IMG/VR virus record: IMGVR_UViG_3300005254_000010
Coordinates: 1 to 39,464 of that record
Length of the DNA: 39,464 bases
Reading direction: 5' to 3' (one strand)
Source: a virus
Taxonomy: Duplodnaviria; Caudoviricetes
The stretch's first letter is position 1; each line of letters starts with the position of its first letter. A program made the translations under genes and the position numbers. Shown here one piece after another: positions 27,463 to 36,819 of this stretch. Below the pieces are notes generated by a model. That model worked only from the letters and a program-made list of their open reading frames with translations, ran no database searches and was not told the DNA's origin.

Positions 27463-28509
27463 ATGGCGAACGAAATCACCGGCCGCGAACTGATCGTCGG
27501 CCTGAAAAAGGCTACCACCTGGCATACCCCGGTCGCCTGCGGCGCCGGTGACGGCCTGCTGGTTCTGTCGGACGGCATCAAGGCCACCGTGCCCATGGAG
27601 CTGGACGATTCCGCCGGCCAGGAATGGATTTCCCAGGCGGACCCGGGGTTCAAGGATATCAAGGTCACCCCGGAAGCCTACATGCGATACGAAGGGTTCG
27701 AGACAGCCCTGGCCCTGATCATGGGCATTGCCGGAGCACCAGTGCAGCAGGAGGCAACCGCCGCCTACCTGCATACCCTGCGGCTGGCCAGCAACATCTT
27801 CGGAAAATTCGCCACCCTGGCTGCCCTGAAGCTTACCAACAAGGTCTGGGAGCTGCCGAGTATCAAGCTGCACGGGTTCAAGATTACCTCCGAGATGAAC
27901 AAGCCCGCCAAGATCTTGTTTGAAGGGATTGCCGATATCCTGGACCGGGGCTCGGCGGTCAATACCACGGTAACCATTGCCTCGGTGACGATTCCGGATG
28001 CGGTCAATCGGCTGTTCATGGACAAGAACACGGTGGTGCGGGTGAACGATCAAAGCGGGGCGGCCCTGGACGACACCATGAAGATCTATCCCAGCTCCAT
28101 CGAGTTCAGCTTCAGCCGGCCCATGGATTCAGAACCTGTGGCAGGGCAGGACGGGGTGGACGAACCCATGGACAACGGCTTTCCGACAGCGATGCTGACC
28201 ATGAAGTTCCCCAGGTACAACGCCGCCAATGATGCTTTCTTCACTGACTGGGACAACTTCACCTCCAAGAAGATGGACATCACCTTCACCGGCAAGGCCA
28301 TCGAGGGGGCCTATAACTACCAGCATAAGTTGATTATGCCGCACCTGAAGGTCGACAACCCCGAGGCCCCGGTCTCCGGACCCGGCAAGATCCCATTCTC
28401 CCTGACCTTCCAGGTGCTGGCGGCAAGCTCCGCCCCCACCGGCATGGCCTATGCCGACCCATTCTGGCTGGAGATCATCAACAAGCGGACCACCGACCCG
28501 CTGGCGTAG
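27463..28509 (+). CDS. Major tail (tube) protein, non-contractile type
   Basis: 348 aa; precedes chaperone and tape measure genes; no separate sheath gene seen. Confidence 0.75.
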   Translation: MANEITGRELIVGLKKATTWHTPVACGAGDGLLVLSDGIKATVPMELDDSAGQEWISQADPGFKDIKVTPEAYMRYEGFETALALIMGIAGAPVQQEATAAYLHTLRLASNIFGKFATLAALKLTNKVWELPSIKLHGFKITSEMNKPAKILFEGIADILDRGSAVNTTVTIASVTIPDAVNRLFMDKNTVVRVNDQSGAALDDTMKIYPSSIEFSFSRPMDSEPVAGQDGVDEPMDNGFPTAMLTMKFPRYNAANDAFFTDWDNFTSKKMDITFTGKAIEGAYNYQHKLIMPHLKVDNPEAPVSGPGKIPFSLTFQVLAASSAPTGMAYADPFWLEIINKRTTDPLA

Positions 28510-28548
28510 CCAGGGGACAGGAAACGGGAGACAGGAGACAAGAGACAG

Positions 28549-29327
28549 ATGGAACAGCCTGCAATGCATCTTGCCGACCTGATCGACACCCGGCTGGAGC
28601 AGCCGCCGGTGTGGATCGCCTACCCCGGTTCGCAGACCTTCCAGGTGCTGGTCCGGCCCCTGGGCAATCGGCGGGACGAATTTATCGAGAAGGCGCAGAA
28701 GATTGACTGGGACACGGCGCACATGGCCCGGCGGGTGGTGGTCGACCAGGAGCAGTACCTCAAATTGTTCTGCGCCTGGGTGATCGTCGACTGGCAAGGG
28801 CTGACCGTCGCGGATCTGCGGCGGCTGGTGCTGCTGGCCGAGCCGAAAAAATGGCGTTCCCTCCAGGGGGAGATCGGCTGCGACGAGGCGGCCAGGCTGC
28901 TGTTGATGCAGCATTCGCCGGCCTTCAGTGCCTGGATCAACCGGGTGTGCGTGGATGTGGAGCGGTTCAACGCCGAGCGCGAGGAGGACGCAAAAAAAAA
29001 GTTCTCGACGCGGTCCGGTTCTGGCTCGACTACCCGGCCGTCAACTGCCGGCAGTGCGGCGAGAACCAGCGAACCGACGGCATCGAGCCGGACTGCGGAG
29101 CCTGCCCGGTCCGAAGTTGGGACCGGCAGACCATGCAGATCCTGGCGATCTATGATCTGGCCTGTCCCTGGGGCGATCTGGAACGGGACTGGCTGGAGGA
29201 TGCGCTGGCCGACCTTGATATCCCGGTTCACCAGCGGCCCAGGTACCGGCGGCTGGTGCTGGCCGTCCACCGCCAGGTAAAGGAGCATCATGCCGACGCC
29301 CTCAAGCAACAGCAGGGTCGGAATTGA
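28549..29327 (+). CDS. Tail assembly chaperone with probable -1 frameshift extension (0-frame product ends at 29280)
   Basis: Slippery A AAA AAG at 28995-29001; the -1 frame continues VLDAVRFWLDYPAVNCRQC to the stop at 29327. Confidence 0.75.
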
Positions 29328-31035
29328 AATCTACGTCGACGACCAGGGCACCCTGCGGGTCCGCGAGTTCAAGGACGGTTTCAACCGGGAGCTGGACCAG
29401 GTCGAGGAGAAGAGCCGGGGCGTAACCGAGCGGATCAGGTCCGGCTGGGCCTCGGTCAAGGGGGCCTGGTTTGAGATCATTGCCGCGGCGGCGGCCCTGA
29501 AGGGAGCATGGGACGCGGCCGGCATGGCAGCCAAGGCCCGGCAGGAACAGGCCGCCTTCGAAAACCTGGCCCAGAGCTACGGCACCAATGCCAAGACCAT
29601 CATCGCCGCGCTCAAAGAGGCGTCCGGCGAGACCATCGCCACCATGGACCTGATCCGGGCCTCGGGCACGGCGATGATGATGGGCATCGACCCGGATACC
29701 GTGGTTTCCCTGATGGAGGTGGCCCGGGCCACGGCCAAGATGACCGGCCAGGATGTGTCCAAGGCGTTTGACGATATTGCCCTGGCGGTCGGCCGGCAGT
29801 CGAGGATGATCCTGGATAACCTGGGGATCATCGTTGATGTGGAAAAAGCCAACGAGGATTATGCCGCCTCCCTGGGCAAGACTGCCGAGCAGCTCACCGA
29901 TGCCGATCGCAAGCAGGCATTCCTGAACGCCACCCTGGCGGGCGGCCGGGACCTGATGGCCAGGTTGGGCGACCAGGCGGACACCGAAGCGGACCGGATG
30001 CAGCGGTTCTCGGCCACCATCGCCAACCTGCGGGTGCTGATCGGCGACGGCCTGATCCGGGCCTTTCAGGGGCTATTGGTGGTGATGTACACGGTCGAGG
30101 CCGGGTTGATGACCATTGTCCAGGGCGCATCGCGGGCCGGGCAGTTTATCGCCGAGATCACCGACAAGCTGCACCTGACCACCAACGCGGCTGACCAGTG
30201 GAAGTATGCGGCCGAGGGGGCGCGGGACGCCGGCATTGATTTCGCCGAGAAGGCGGCTCAGAACTTCAAGGACATGGTCGCCAGCCAGGAGGCGGCCGTT
30301 CAGGCGCAGGCCAGGTACCGTCAGGAGATCGACGCCACCAGGGCGGCGGTGGACGCCCAGGCCGAGGCGGAACAGAAACTGTCCGACCAGCAGAAGCAGA
30401 TCGCCATCGAGGCCAAAAAAGGAGCCAACCAACAGGCGCAGGCCGCCGACGAGATGTACCGGGAGATCGGCCAGGGGGCGGACCAGTATTTCCAGAAGGA
30501 ATCGAGCAAGCTGGTGGAAAAGGCGGCCAAGTGGCAGCAGGCCGGGGGCGATGTCCTGGCCGTGGAAGAATGGCTGTACGATGAGCTGAGCAAGTTAAGC
30601 GAAGAAGCATGGGGAAAGGGCGAGGAGATGGCCGGGGTGTACATTGACAACATGCAGGCCCAGACCGCGACCCTGGTTGATTCCTTCAACGCCGCGCAGC
30701 AGTCAATGACCGAGCAGCTGGAGGCGGTGGGCGTCAAGGCCGGGGAGCTGGACGGCACGCAGATCGGCCTGGTCGCGACCTTTGACGGGACGGCGGTCAT
30801 GCAGGGCCTGGACCAGTTGATCGCGCGGTTCAACGCCCTGCAGGAGACGGCGGCCGGGGCCGCGGCCGGCGAATCCACACCGGCGGCCGGCGGAGGCGGA
30901 AACGATCTCGTTGCCGGAGGCGGCGGGGGCGACACCTACTCGACCAGCACCATCATCAATGTCAATCAGCAGGTGAGCCGCTCGGACGTGGTGGCCATTG
31001 CTGAGGAGACAAAACGGCGGCAAGGGAGGGTCTGA
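29290..31035 (+). CDS. Tape measure protein (581 aa)
   Basis: Ala/Gln-rich helical protein with the GRQSRMILDNLGI motif; follows the chaperone. Confidence 0.85.
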   Translation: MPTPSSNSRVGIEIYVDDQGTLRVREFKDGFNRELDQVEEKSRGVTERIRSGWASVKGAWFEIIAAAAALKGAWDAAGMAAKARQEQAAFENLAQSYGTNAKTIIAALKEASGETIATMDLIRASGTAMMMGIDPDTVVSLMEVARATAKMTGQDVSKAFDDIALAVGRQSRMILDNLGIIVDVEKANEDYAASLGKTAEQLTDADRKQAFLNATLAGGRDLMARLGDQADTEADRMQRFSATIANLRVLIGDGLIRAFQGLLVVMYTVEAGLMTIVQGASRAGQFIAEITDKLHLTTNAADQWKYAAEGARDAGIDFAEKAAQNFKDMVASQEAAVQAQARYRQEIDATRAAVDAQAEAEQKLSDQQKQIAIEAKKGANQQAQAADEMYREIGQGADQYFQKESSKLVEKAAKWQQAGGDVLAVEEWLYDELSKLSEEAWGKGEEMAGVYIDNMQAQTATLVDSFNAAQQSMTEQLEAVGVKAGELDGTQIGLVATFDGTAVMQGLDQLIARFNALQETAAGAAAGESTPAAGGGGNDLVAGGGGGDTYSTSTIINVNQQVSRSDVVAIAEETKRRQGRV

Positions 31036-31400
31036 TGGCGGCGCCGAAGTTTGTGCTGGGCGGCAACCAGCTGCAGTTTTCCCGGGGCATCCGCTTTCCG
31101 GTCTCCAAGCCGCACGAGAAGCTGCAGGTCACGGACCGGACCGCCGGCGGCTCGCTGCAGATCGAGGAGCTGGGCATTGATGTCAAGACCCGGCGGCTGA
31201 TCTTCCGTAATCTGCCTCAGGCAGACTATGACGCCCTGTGCGCCTGGTACGACACCATGGCCGACGGGGCGCTGAACAGTTTCACCTACTATGACGAGGA
31301 CGGGGTTTCGATGACCGTGCGCATGCTGACCAATCCGCTGGACTTTCAGGAGACCGCCCACCAGCGGTTTGCCGGGGAGCTGCTGCTGGAGGTGCTCTGA
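31035..31400 (+). CDS. Putative distal tail protein
   Basis: 121 aa directly after the tape measure gene; TGATG coupling. Confidence 0.6.
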   Translation: MAAPKFVLGGNQLQFSRGIRFPVSKPHEKLQVTDRTAGGSLQIEELGIDVKTRRLIFRNLPQADYDALCAWYDTMADGALNSFTYYDEDGVSMTVRMLTNPLDFQETAHQRFAGELLLEVL

Positions 31401-34400
31401 TGCGCTCGGACCTGACCACCGCCTTCACCCTGGCCAAGAATGCTGCCAGCCGCAAGCCCCGGCAGCTTATGGTCTTTCAGTTTCCGGTCGCCGGCAATGT
31501 GTATGTCTCCGACCAGGAGATCTCCCTGGGCGGGGTAACCTATCTTCCCCTGGTCGAGAGTTGGGGGACGCTGGAGGACGCGGCCGGGGCGGAGGATGAA
31601 TTCTCCAGCGAGGTCCGGCAGATGGCGGTTACCCTGTGGAACGGGGGCAGCCAGCCGTTTTCCCTGTATTTCCTGCAGGAGGACCCGGAGAACGTCGAGG
31701 TGCTGCTGTACCAATGGTTCGACGGGCTGGCCGATGCCGACAAGCTGCTGCTGGACCGATTCGTGGTCCAGGACCCGATCCGCTTTGACGAGCGCTCCCG
31801 GCTGCTGACCCTGGACCTGGTGTCGGTCAACATGCGCTATACGGGCCGCTGCGGAGTCACAATCACCACTAACCTGTGGCCCGACGCCCTGCCTGAGCAT
31901 GTCGGCCGGGCCATTCCGCTCGTCTTCGGTTCCGCCGGCGAGTGCCCGACGCTGTGTCTGAAGACGCCGCCCTGGGCGACCCTCAAGGGATCGATCGCCA
32001 AGAACTCCACCACCATCGAGTGCAACGAGTCCCTGGCCCGGTTTCCGGCCTCCGGAATACTGCAGATCGAAGATGAGAAGATTCAGTACAGCTCGCGCTC
32101 GGATACGATTTTCTACGTCAGTGCCCGGGGGTACGGGGGCACGGTGAAGGAGAGCCATCCGGACAACTGCGAGGTGTTTCGCTACATCACCGATCACACC
32201 TATACGGTCGGGCAGTCGCCGATAACGTCCATCACCGATGTCAAGGTAGCCGGGCACCCGGCGCCGGCCGGGACCTATTCGATCAACCTCGGCGACTATG
32301 GCAATATCATCTTCAACCAGAAGCCCTATTCGTACCAGTATGCGGCCACGGCGGTGAGCCAGGATCTGTATCCGTTCGTGGTGCAGGCGGACAACACCGC
32401 CTATCAGCCGCACTGGGCCTTTGATGAGAACAAGACATCCTCCAGCGCCATGATCACCGAGGCGTATCCGACCCTGTCGCTAAGGGCCGCTGCCGACATA
32501 GGCCCTGACCCGGGGCTGGTGGTCACCGCCTTCCTGGTCGTGCACCACTGGGAAACCAACAGGTATTTCAACGATTACGCCGAGGTGTGGATTGACGGGA
32601 TCGGCGTGGTCGGCAGGCTGGCGCGGCCGTCGGCTGATGACGTGTTGGACCTGGAGGCCCAGGTTGGCATCGACCATCCGCATGCCAATGTCGATCCGAC
32701 GGTTGGACTTTACGACCCGGCGCACCCGCACTTGACCCAGGCAACTGTCGGCAAATCCATGAACGGTGATCCGTCGAATTATTCGTTGTGGGCGAGAGCT
32801 AAATCATATTCTACGGTTCCTGTTACCACCCCGTTTGATCATGTTAAATATATATATTTCAATAATCTGGAAAACAATTCTGTCGACTCAACGTTTTCCA
32901 TTCAACTTGATGCCGTAGCCACCGGAGGTGGTGGCTCTGGGCACATAACGTTTATCGAGATAACGACGAGCGCCGGCAGATACATGTTGCTGGATAAATT
33001 CCCGTGGATGTCGGGACTCTCCTATACGTCGTCAAGTTATAACAGGACAATAACGCTTTCCGCGGGCACGTGGAACAACGCAACCAGTTTCTGGGTAAAG
33101 ATCCGGACAGTTTTGTATGTGGTGTGTTCGTCGGTAAATTCCGAGGAAAAACTGGAAGTATTTTATTCCCTGCCGCTCCTCCAATACTCCGCCAAGGTGG
33201 GCACCGTCAACCCCAGTCTCACGAACGCCGCCACGCAGAAAACCGCGTCTGGATACGTCATTTCCAACAACAACGACACCCGCTCCATCGAGTTCCTCAC
33301 CCAGAACACGCCCTCGCGGACCATCATCGACCGATTCGATATCAGTGATTTCATTTCACCGAGCTGGTCATGGTTCGCCAATCGGAAGATCCAGATCCGC
33401 TACAAGAACGTCCATTCCGAGTCGGTCAAGATACTCATCCCCTGGGTGACGTTCGAGGTCGAGTACCGGAAGCGGGAAAAAGTCTACAGTGACGAGGTCA
33501 CGGCCACGGTTACCGGAGACACGGGCAACCGGCCGGATAAGGTGATCCGGACCCTGCTCGCCAAGGGCGGGCTGCCCGACGCAATGATCGACTGGCCAAC
33601 TCATAACGCCGCCAATGCCTGGTATGCCGCCAACAGTTACGGCATCGACGGGGTGATCGACGGGGACCTGAGCGTGCAGGAGGCGATCAAAAAGGTCTGC
33701 CGCCAGAGCCGGTCGCGGCTGTTCTGGAGCGCCGGCAAGGCCAAGCTGGCCATCCGTCGGACCTCCAGCGAGCAGGCCGTGGTCAAGGAGCTGGGGCCGG
33801 CCAATTACCAGTTGCGGTCCATTTCTGCCACACGCCAGAGCGTGCAGGACCTGGTCAATTATATCGACCTCTTTTACAAGATCGATCGCCTGGACGGCGA
33901 CTTGCAATACCAGTCCGCCGTGATCCGGCAGGACCAGCAGTCCATCGCGGCGCATGGGAGGCGAGAGCGTCCAGACGATTTTCTGTTCGACCTGGTGCGC
34001 TCCGATGCCATGGCTGCCTCCCTGGCCGAATATTATGTCGCGGTCGGGGCCTGGCCGGCCACGTTTTATGAGTTCAACGCCTACCTGGAGCAGCTGGAGT
34101 TGGAAAAGGAGGATGTCATCTCCCTGACCAGCGGCGGGTTCCACAAGATGCGCGGCATGCCGGTTATCCTGCGGTCGGTCAACCGGGTGTTCGGATCGGG
34201 CAAGGCGAAAACGATCAACCACCTGCGGCTGGTGGGCAAGTGTCTGCACTACATCCTGCTGGAGCACACCATTGACGACACGGTTCTGATTTTTGATAGC
34301 TTGGACGTCAATATCGGCAAATCCGGCGACCTGTCGGAAAACGTGCTGTGCAGCGACGAGCTGTCCGTTGCGAGTGGTGCGGGCCTGGCGGATGAGCAGT

Positions 34401-34774
34401 TGGTCGAGGATGAGCTGGAGATAGTCTGGCACATGGCGCCGCTGTTGGAAGATGCCGTAGCCCTCGAAGATTCGGTCGGCATGGCCTGGGACTGCAAACT
34501 GGAGGACACGGTCAATATCCTGGACCAGTTGGACGCCAAGTTTGCCGTCGGCTTCGGCTCCGGTCAGTTCGGACTGGTTCCGTTCGGCTCTGTTTTGGAC
34601 TGGTATCAATCGGCAATCGACGAGGCGTATATATCGGACGAATATCATGCCCACATGGGCATAGGGCTGCCGGAGGACACGGTCCTGTTGGGCGACGTGC
34701 TGGCGGCGAGCACCGGGTTTGGGTCTCCGGGGACGATTGCGGACGGGTTCGGCAACATACCATTCGGGCAATAG
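31400..34774 (+). CDS. Large tail tip / baseplate hub protein
   Basis: 1124 aa; GRAIPLVFG and ILQIEDEKIQY...RGYGGT motifs; tail position. Confidence 0.75.
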   Translation: MRSDLTTAFTLAKNAASRKPRQLMVFQFPVAGNVYVSDQEISLGGVTYLPLVESWGTLEDAAGAEDEFSSEVRQMAVTLWNGGSQPFSLYFLQEDPENVEVLLYQWFDGLADADKLLLDRFVVQDPIRFDERSRLLTLDLVSVNMRYTGRCGVTITTNLWPDALPEHVGRAIPLVFGSAGECPTLCLKTPPWATLKGSIAKNSTTIECNESLARFPASGILQIEDEKIQYSSRSDTIFYVSARGYGGTVKESHPDNCEVFRYITDHTYTVGQSPITSITDVKVAGHPAPAGTYSINLGDYGNIIFNQKPYSYQYAATAVSQDLYPFVVQADNTAYQPHWAFDENKTSSSAMITEAYPTLSLRAAADIGPDPGLVVTAFLVVHHWETNRYFNDYAEVWIDGIGVVGRLARPSADDVLDLEAQVGIDHPHANVDPTVGLYDPAHPHLTQATVGKSMNGDPSNYSLWARAKSYSTVPVTTPFDHVKYIYFNNLENNSVDSTFSIQLDAVATGGGGSGHITFIEITTSAGRYMLLDKFPWMSGLSYTSSSYNRTITLSAGTWNNATSFWVKIRTVLYVVCSSVNSEEKLEVFYSLPLLQYSAKVGTVNPSLTNAATQKTASGYVISNNNDTRSIEFLTQNTPSRTIIDRFDISDFISPSWSWFANRKIQIRYKNVHSESVKILIPWVTFEVEYRKREKVYSDEVTATVTGDTGNRPDKVIRTLLAKGGLPDAMIDWPTHNAANAWYAANSYGIDGVIDGDLSVQEAIKKVCRQSRSRLFWSAGKAKLAIRRTSSEQAVVKELGPANYQLRSISATRQSVQDLVNYIDLFYKIDRLDGDLQYQSAVIRQDQQSIAAHGRRERPDDFLFDLVRSDAMAASLAEYYVAVGAWPATFYEFNAYLEQLELEKEDVISLTSGGFHKMRGMPVILRSVNRVFGSGKAKTINHLRLVGKCLHYILLEHTIDDTVLIFDSLDVNIGKSGDLSENVLCSDELSVASGAGLADEQLVEDELEIVWHMAPLLEDAVALEDSVGMAWDCKLEDTVNILDQLDAKFAVGFGSGQFGLVPFGSVLDWYQSAIDEAYISDEYHAHMGIGLPEDTVLLGDVLAASTGFGSPGTIADGFGNIPFGQ

Positions 34775-34783
34775 GGGGCGCAC

Positions 34784-35353
34784 ATGCAGGACAATGTACA
34801 AATTTCGGACGGAATACACTGTACCGTCAGGGACAAGGACGGCACTATCAAAGATGAATCATGGCATGCTGACATGACGGCAAAAACGGAGGAGCACATG
34901 CAGGACGGAGTGAAAATTTCGGGGAAAGTCCATTTTCTCATCAGGGACAGGCACGGCAGGGTCAAAGAGGACTACTGGCACGACAACCTGGTTGTGACGA
35001 CGGGCCGCAATCATGTGGCTGATCAGATGTCCGACGCGGGCGAGGCGGCCATGTCACACATGGCAGTCGGCACCGGCACGAATGCCGTGCTGGCCTCGGA
35101 CACGGCCCTGCAGACGGAACTGTCCCGCAAGGCACTGACCAATAAAACACAGGGGACCGGCGACCCTGGCGCCAGGCAGGTGACCTACATTGCCGACTGG
35201 CCTGCGGGTGAGGGTACCGGGGCGATCACCGAGGCTGGTATTTTCAACTCATCCTCTGCCGGGACCATGCTGAGCCGGGCAGTGTTCCCGGTCAAAAACA
35301 AGGGCGCGTCGGACTCATTGACCATGACCTGGGTCATCACATTTTCCGCGTAG
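34784..35353 (+). CDS. Tail fibre-associated structural protein (alternative start 34898)
   Basis: NLVVTTGR, MAVGTG, DTALQTE and ITEAGIFN motifs; duplicated N-terminus. Confidence 0.75.
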   Translation: MQDNVQISDGIHCTVRDKDGTIKDESWHADMTAKTEEHMQDGVKISGKVHFLIRDRHGRVKEDYWHDNLVVTTGRNHVADQMSDAGEAAMSHMAVGTGTNAVLASDTALQTELSRKALTNKTQGTGDPGARQVTYIADWPAGEGTGAITEAGIFNSSSAGTMLSRAVFPVKNKGASDSLTMTWVITFSA

Positions 35354-35362
35354 GGTAGCACC

Positions 35363-36808
35363 ATGGCAAATACATACACTGGAAGGCTTAAGAAGCGCAT
35401 GCCGGCCGCCGGCGACTTCAACTGGAACGATGAGTGGTACGACAACGAGAAGATTGACGATTTTCTGGCCGGTGGTCTTTTGTCCCGCAGTCGGATCATA
35501 ATCGGAGGCGCGGTTTCCGACGGCGGCGGACTGAATGCCGACCATGCCCTGTTCGTTTGCGTCCTGGCCGGAGTGAGGTACGAGATAGCGGCCGGATCGG
35601 TGGTGCTGGCTGCATCCTCCCTCAACTATGTCTACGTTGATCAGTCCGGGGCGGTCGACGCCAACCCTAACCCACCGACAGGCGATTACATTCCCTTGGC
35701 CGTTGTGGATACGGACGAAACGGGCATCGTCCAGGATGGCGAGGTGCCAAGGATCGGGGATCTGCGACCCATGGCCAATGATGCCGTGCCCGCCATGGAC
35801 AACATTTTTATCAATGGGGACATGCGCATCGACCAGGAGAACGAGGGCGCGGCGGTGAGTGTCTCCACGACCACCAAGTATTTTCTCGACATGTTCCTCT
35901 GCCAGGGGGCCAACCACGGGGCGGTGGTCAACGCCCAGCAGGTGGCGGGGTTCGGCGGGTTCGGCAAGGCTGCGCAGTTGACGGTTACCACCGCCGACAC
36001 ACTGGCAAGCAACGAGTACGGCCACGGCATCAAAACCATGATCGAGGACAAAAACTGCCAGGTGGTTGCAGATAGGTATCTGGCCTTTTCCTTCAATTTC
36101 ATGGCGAAGCTGGCCGGCACGTATTCCGTGGCCCTGGTCAGCGGCGACGGGAGCAACTCGTATGTCACCACCTTTGCCTATAACACGGCGGATGCGGTGC
36201 AGGTCGTGCCCATGATGGTCCCTCTGCCGGCCAGCAAGGTGGTTGCCGGAGGTACCGGCGCGGGCCTGGTGATGTACATCGGCGTGGCCGCGATTGGCGC
36301 CAAGGCCACGGACACCCTGGACCAGTGGCAGGCCGGGGAGTTTTTCTCCGCATCCGGGGCCACGGACTGGGAGACGACGGTCGGCAACTACATTGCCATG
36401 ACCGGCCTGTACGGGGGCGCGGATCTGATCCCGGCGGAGTTCCCGTTCCGGCAGCGAACGACGGAATTAGCGCTTTGTTATAGGTACTTCCAAAAAAGCT
36501 ATAATAGTGGAATCGCGCCAGGAGGGATTTCATTTGCAGGACTTATCTATAGACGGATTTCCACTAATGCCCAAATACTGGACGCTGGATCTGATTTTCC
36601 GGTAACACTCAGGGGGCAACCGACGATAACAGTATATAGCCCAAATAATGGCAATCCCGGATATGTCAGATGCGAAAACACGGCAACAGATATTGCGGTT
36701 CAGGCTGTTTCCGCTGGAACCAAAAGGATAGCGTATATTTATCTTGCAACAGGAGTATCTCCGTCAGATAGATTTATGGCGCATTATACGGCTGATGCCA
36801 GGATGTGA
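35363..36808 (+). CDS. Tail fibre / receptor-binding protein
   Basis: NIFINGDMRIDQ and ELALCYRYF motifs as seen in phage tail proteins; divergent C-terminus. Confidence 0.75.
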   Translation: MANTYTGRLKKRMPAAGDFNWNDEWYDNEKIDDFLAGGLLSRSRIIIGGAVSDGGGLNADHALFVCVLAGVRYEIAAGSVVLAASSLNYVYVDQSGAVDANPNPPTGDYIPLAVVDTDETGIVQDGEVPRIGDLRPMANDAVPAMDNIFINGDMRIDQENEGAAVSVSTTTKYFLDMFLCQGANHGAVVNAQQVAGFGGFGKAAQLTVTTADTLASNEYGHGIKTMIEDKNCQVVADRYLAFSFNFMAKLAGTYSVALVSGDGSNSYVTTFAYNTADAVQVVPMMVPLPASKVVAGGTGAGLVMYIGVAAIGAKATDTLDQWQAGEFFSASGATDWETTVGNYIAMTGLYGGADLIPAEFPFRQRTTELALCYRYFQKSYNSGIAPGGISFAGLIYRRISTNAQILDAGSDFPVTLRGQPTITVYSPNNGNPGYVRCENTATDIAVQAVSAGTKRIAYIYLATGVSPSDRFMAHYTADARM

Positions 36809-36819
36809 GAGGTGGGACT

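Noticed and set aside
9103-28548. CRISPR array interpretation of the short repeats
   Set aside because: Units are 7 nt, adjacent and without spacers; no cas genes.
4104-34819. Many long antisense or alternate-frame ORFs (e.g. 5316..6446, 8129..9235, 20232..21569, 33368..34819)
   Set aside because: Shadows of GC-rich genes on the opposite strand, with no motifs or RBS support.
35363-36808. Diversity-generating retroelement targeting the tail fibre
   Set aside because: No reverse transcriptase gene and no template/variable repeat pair was seen in the window.
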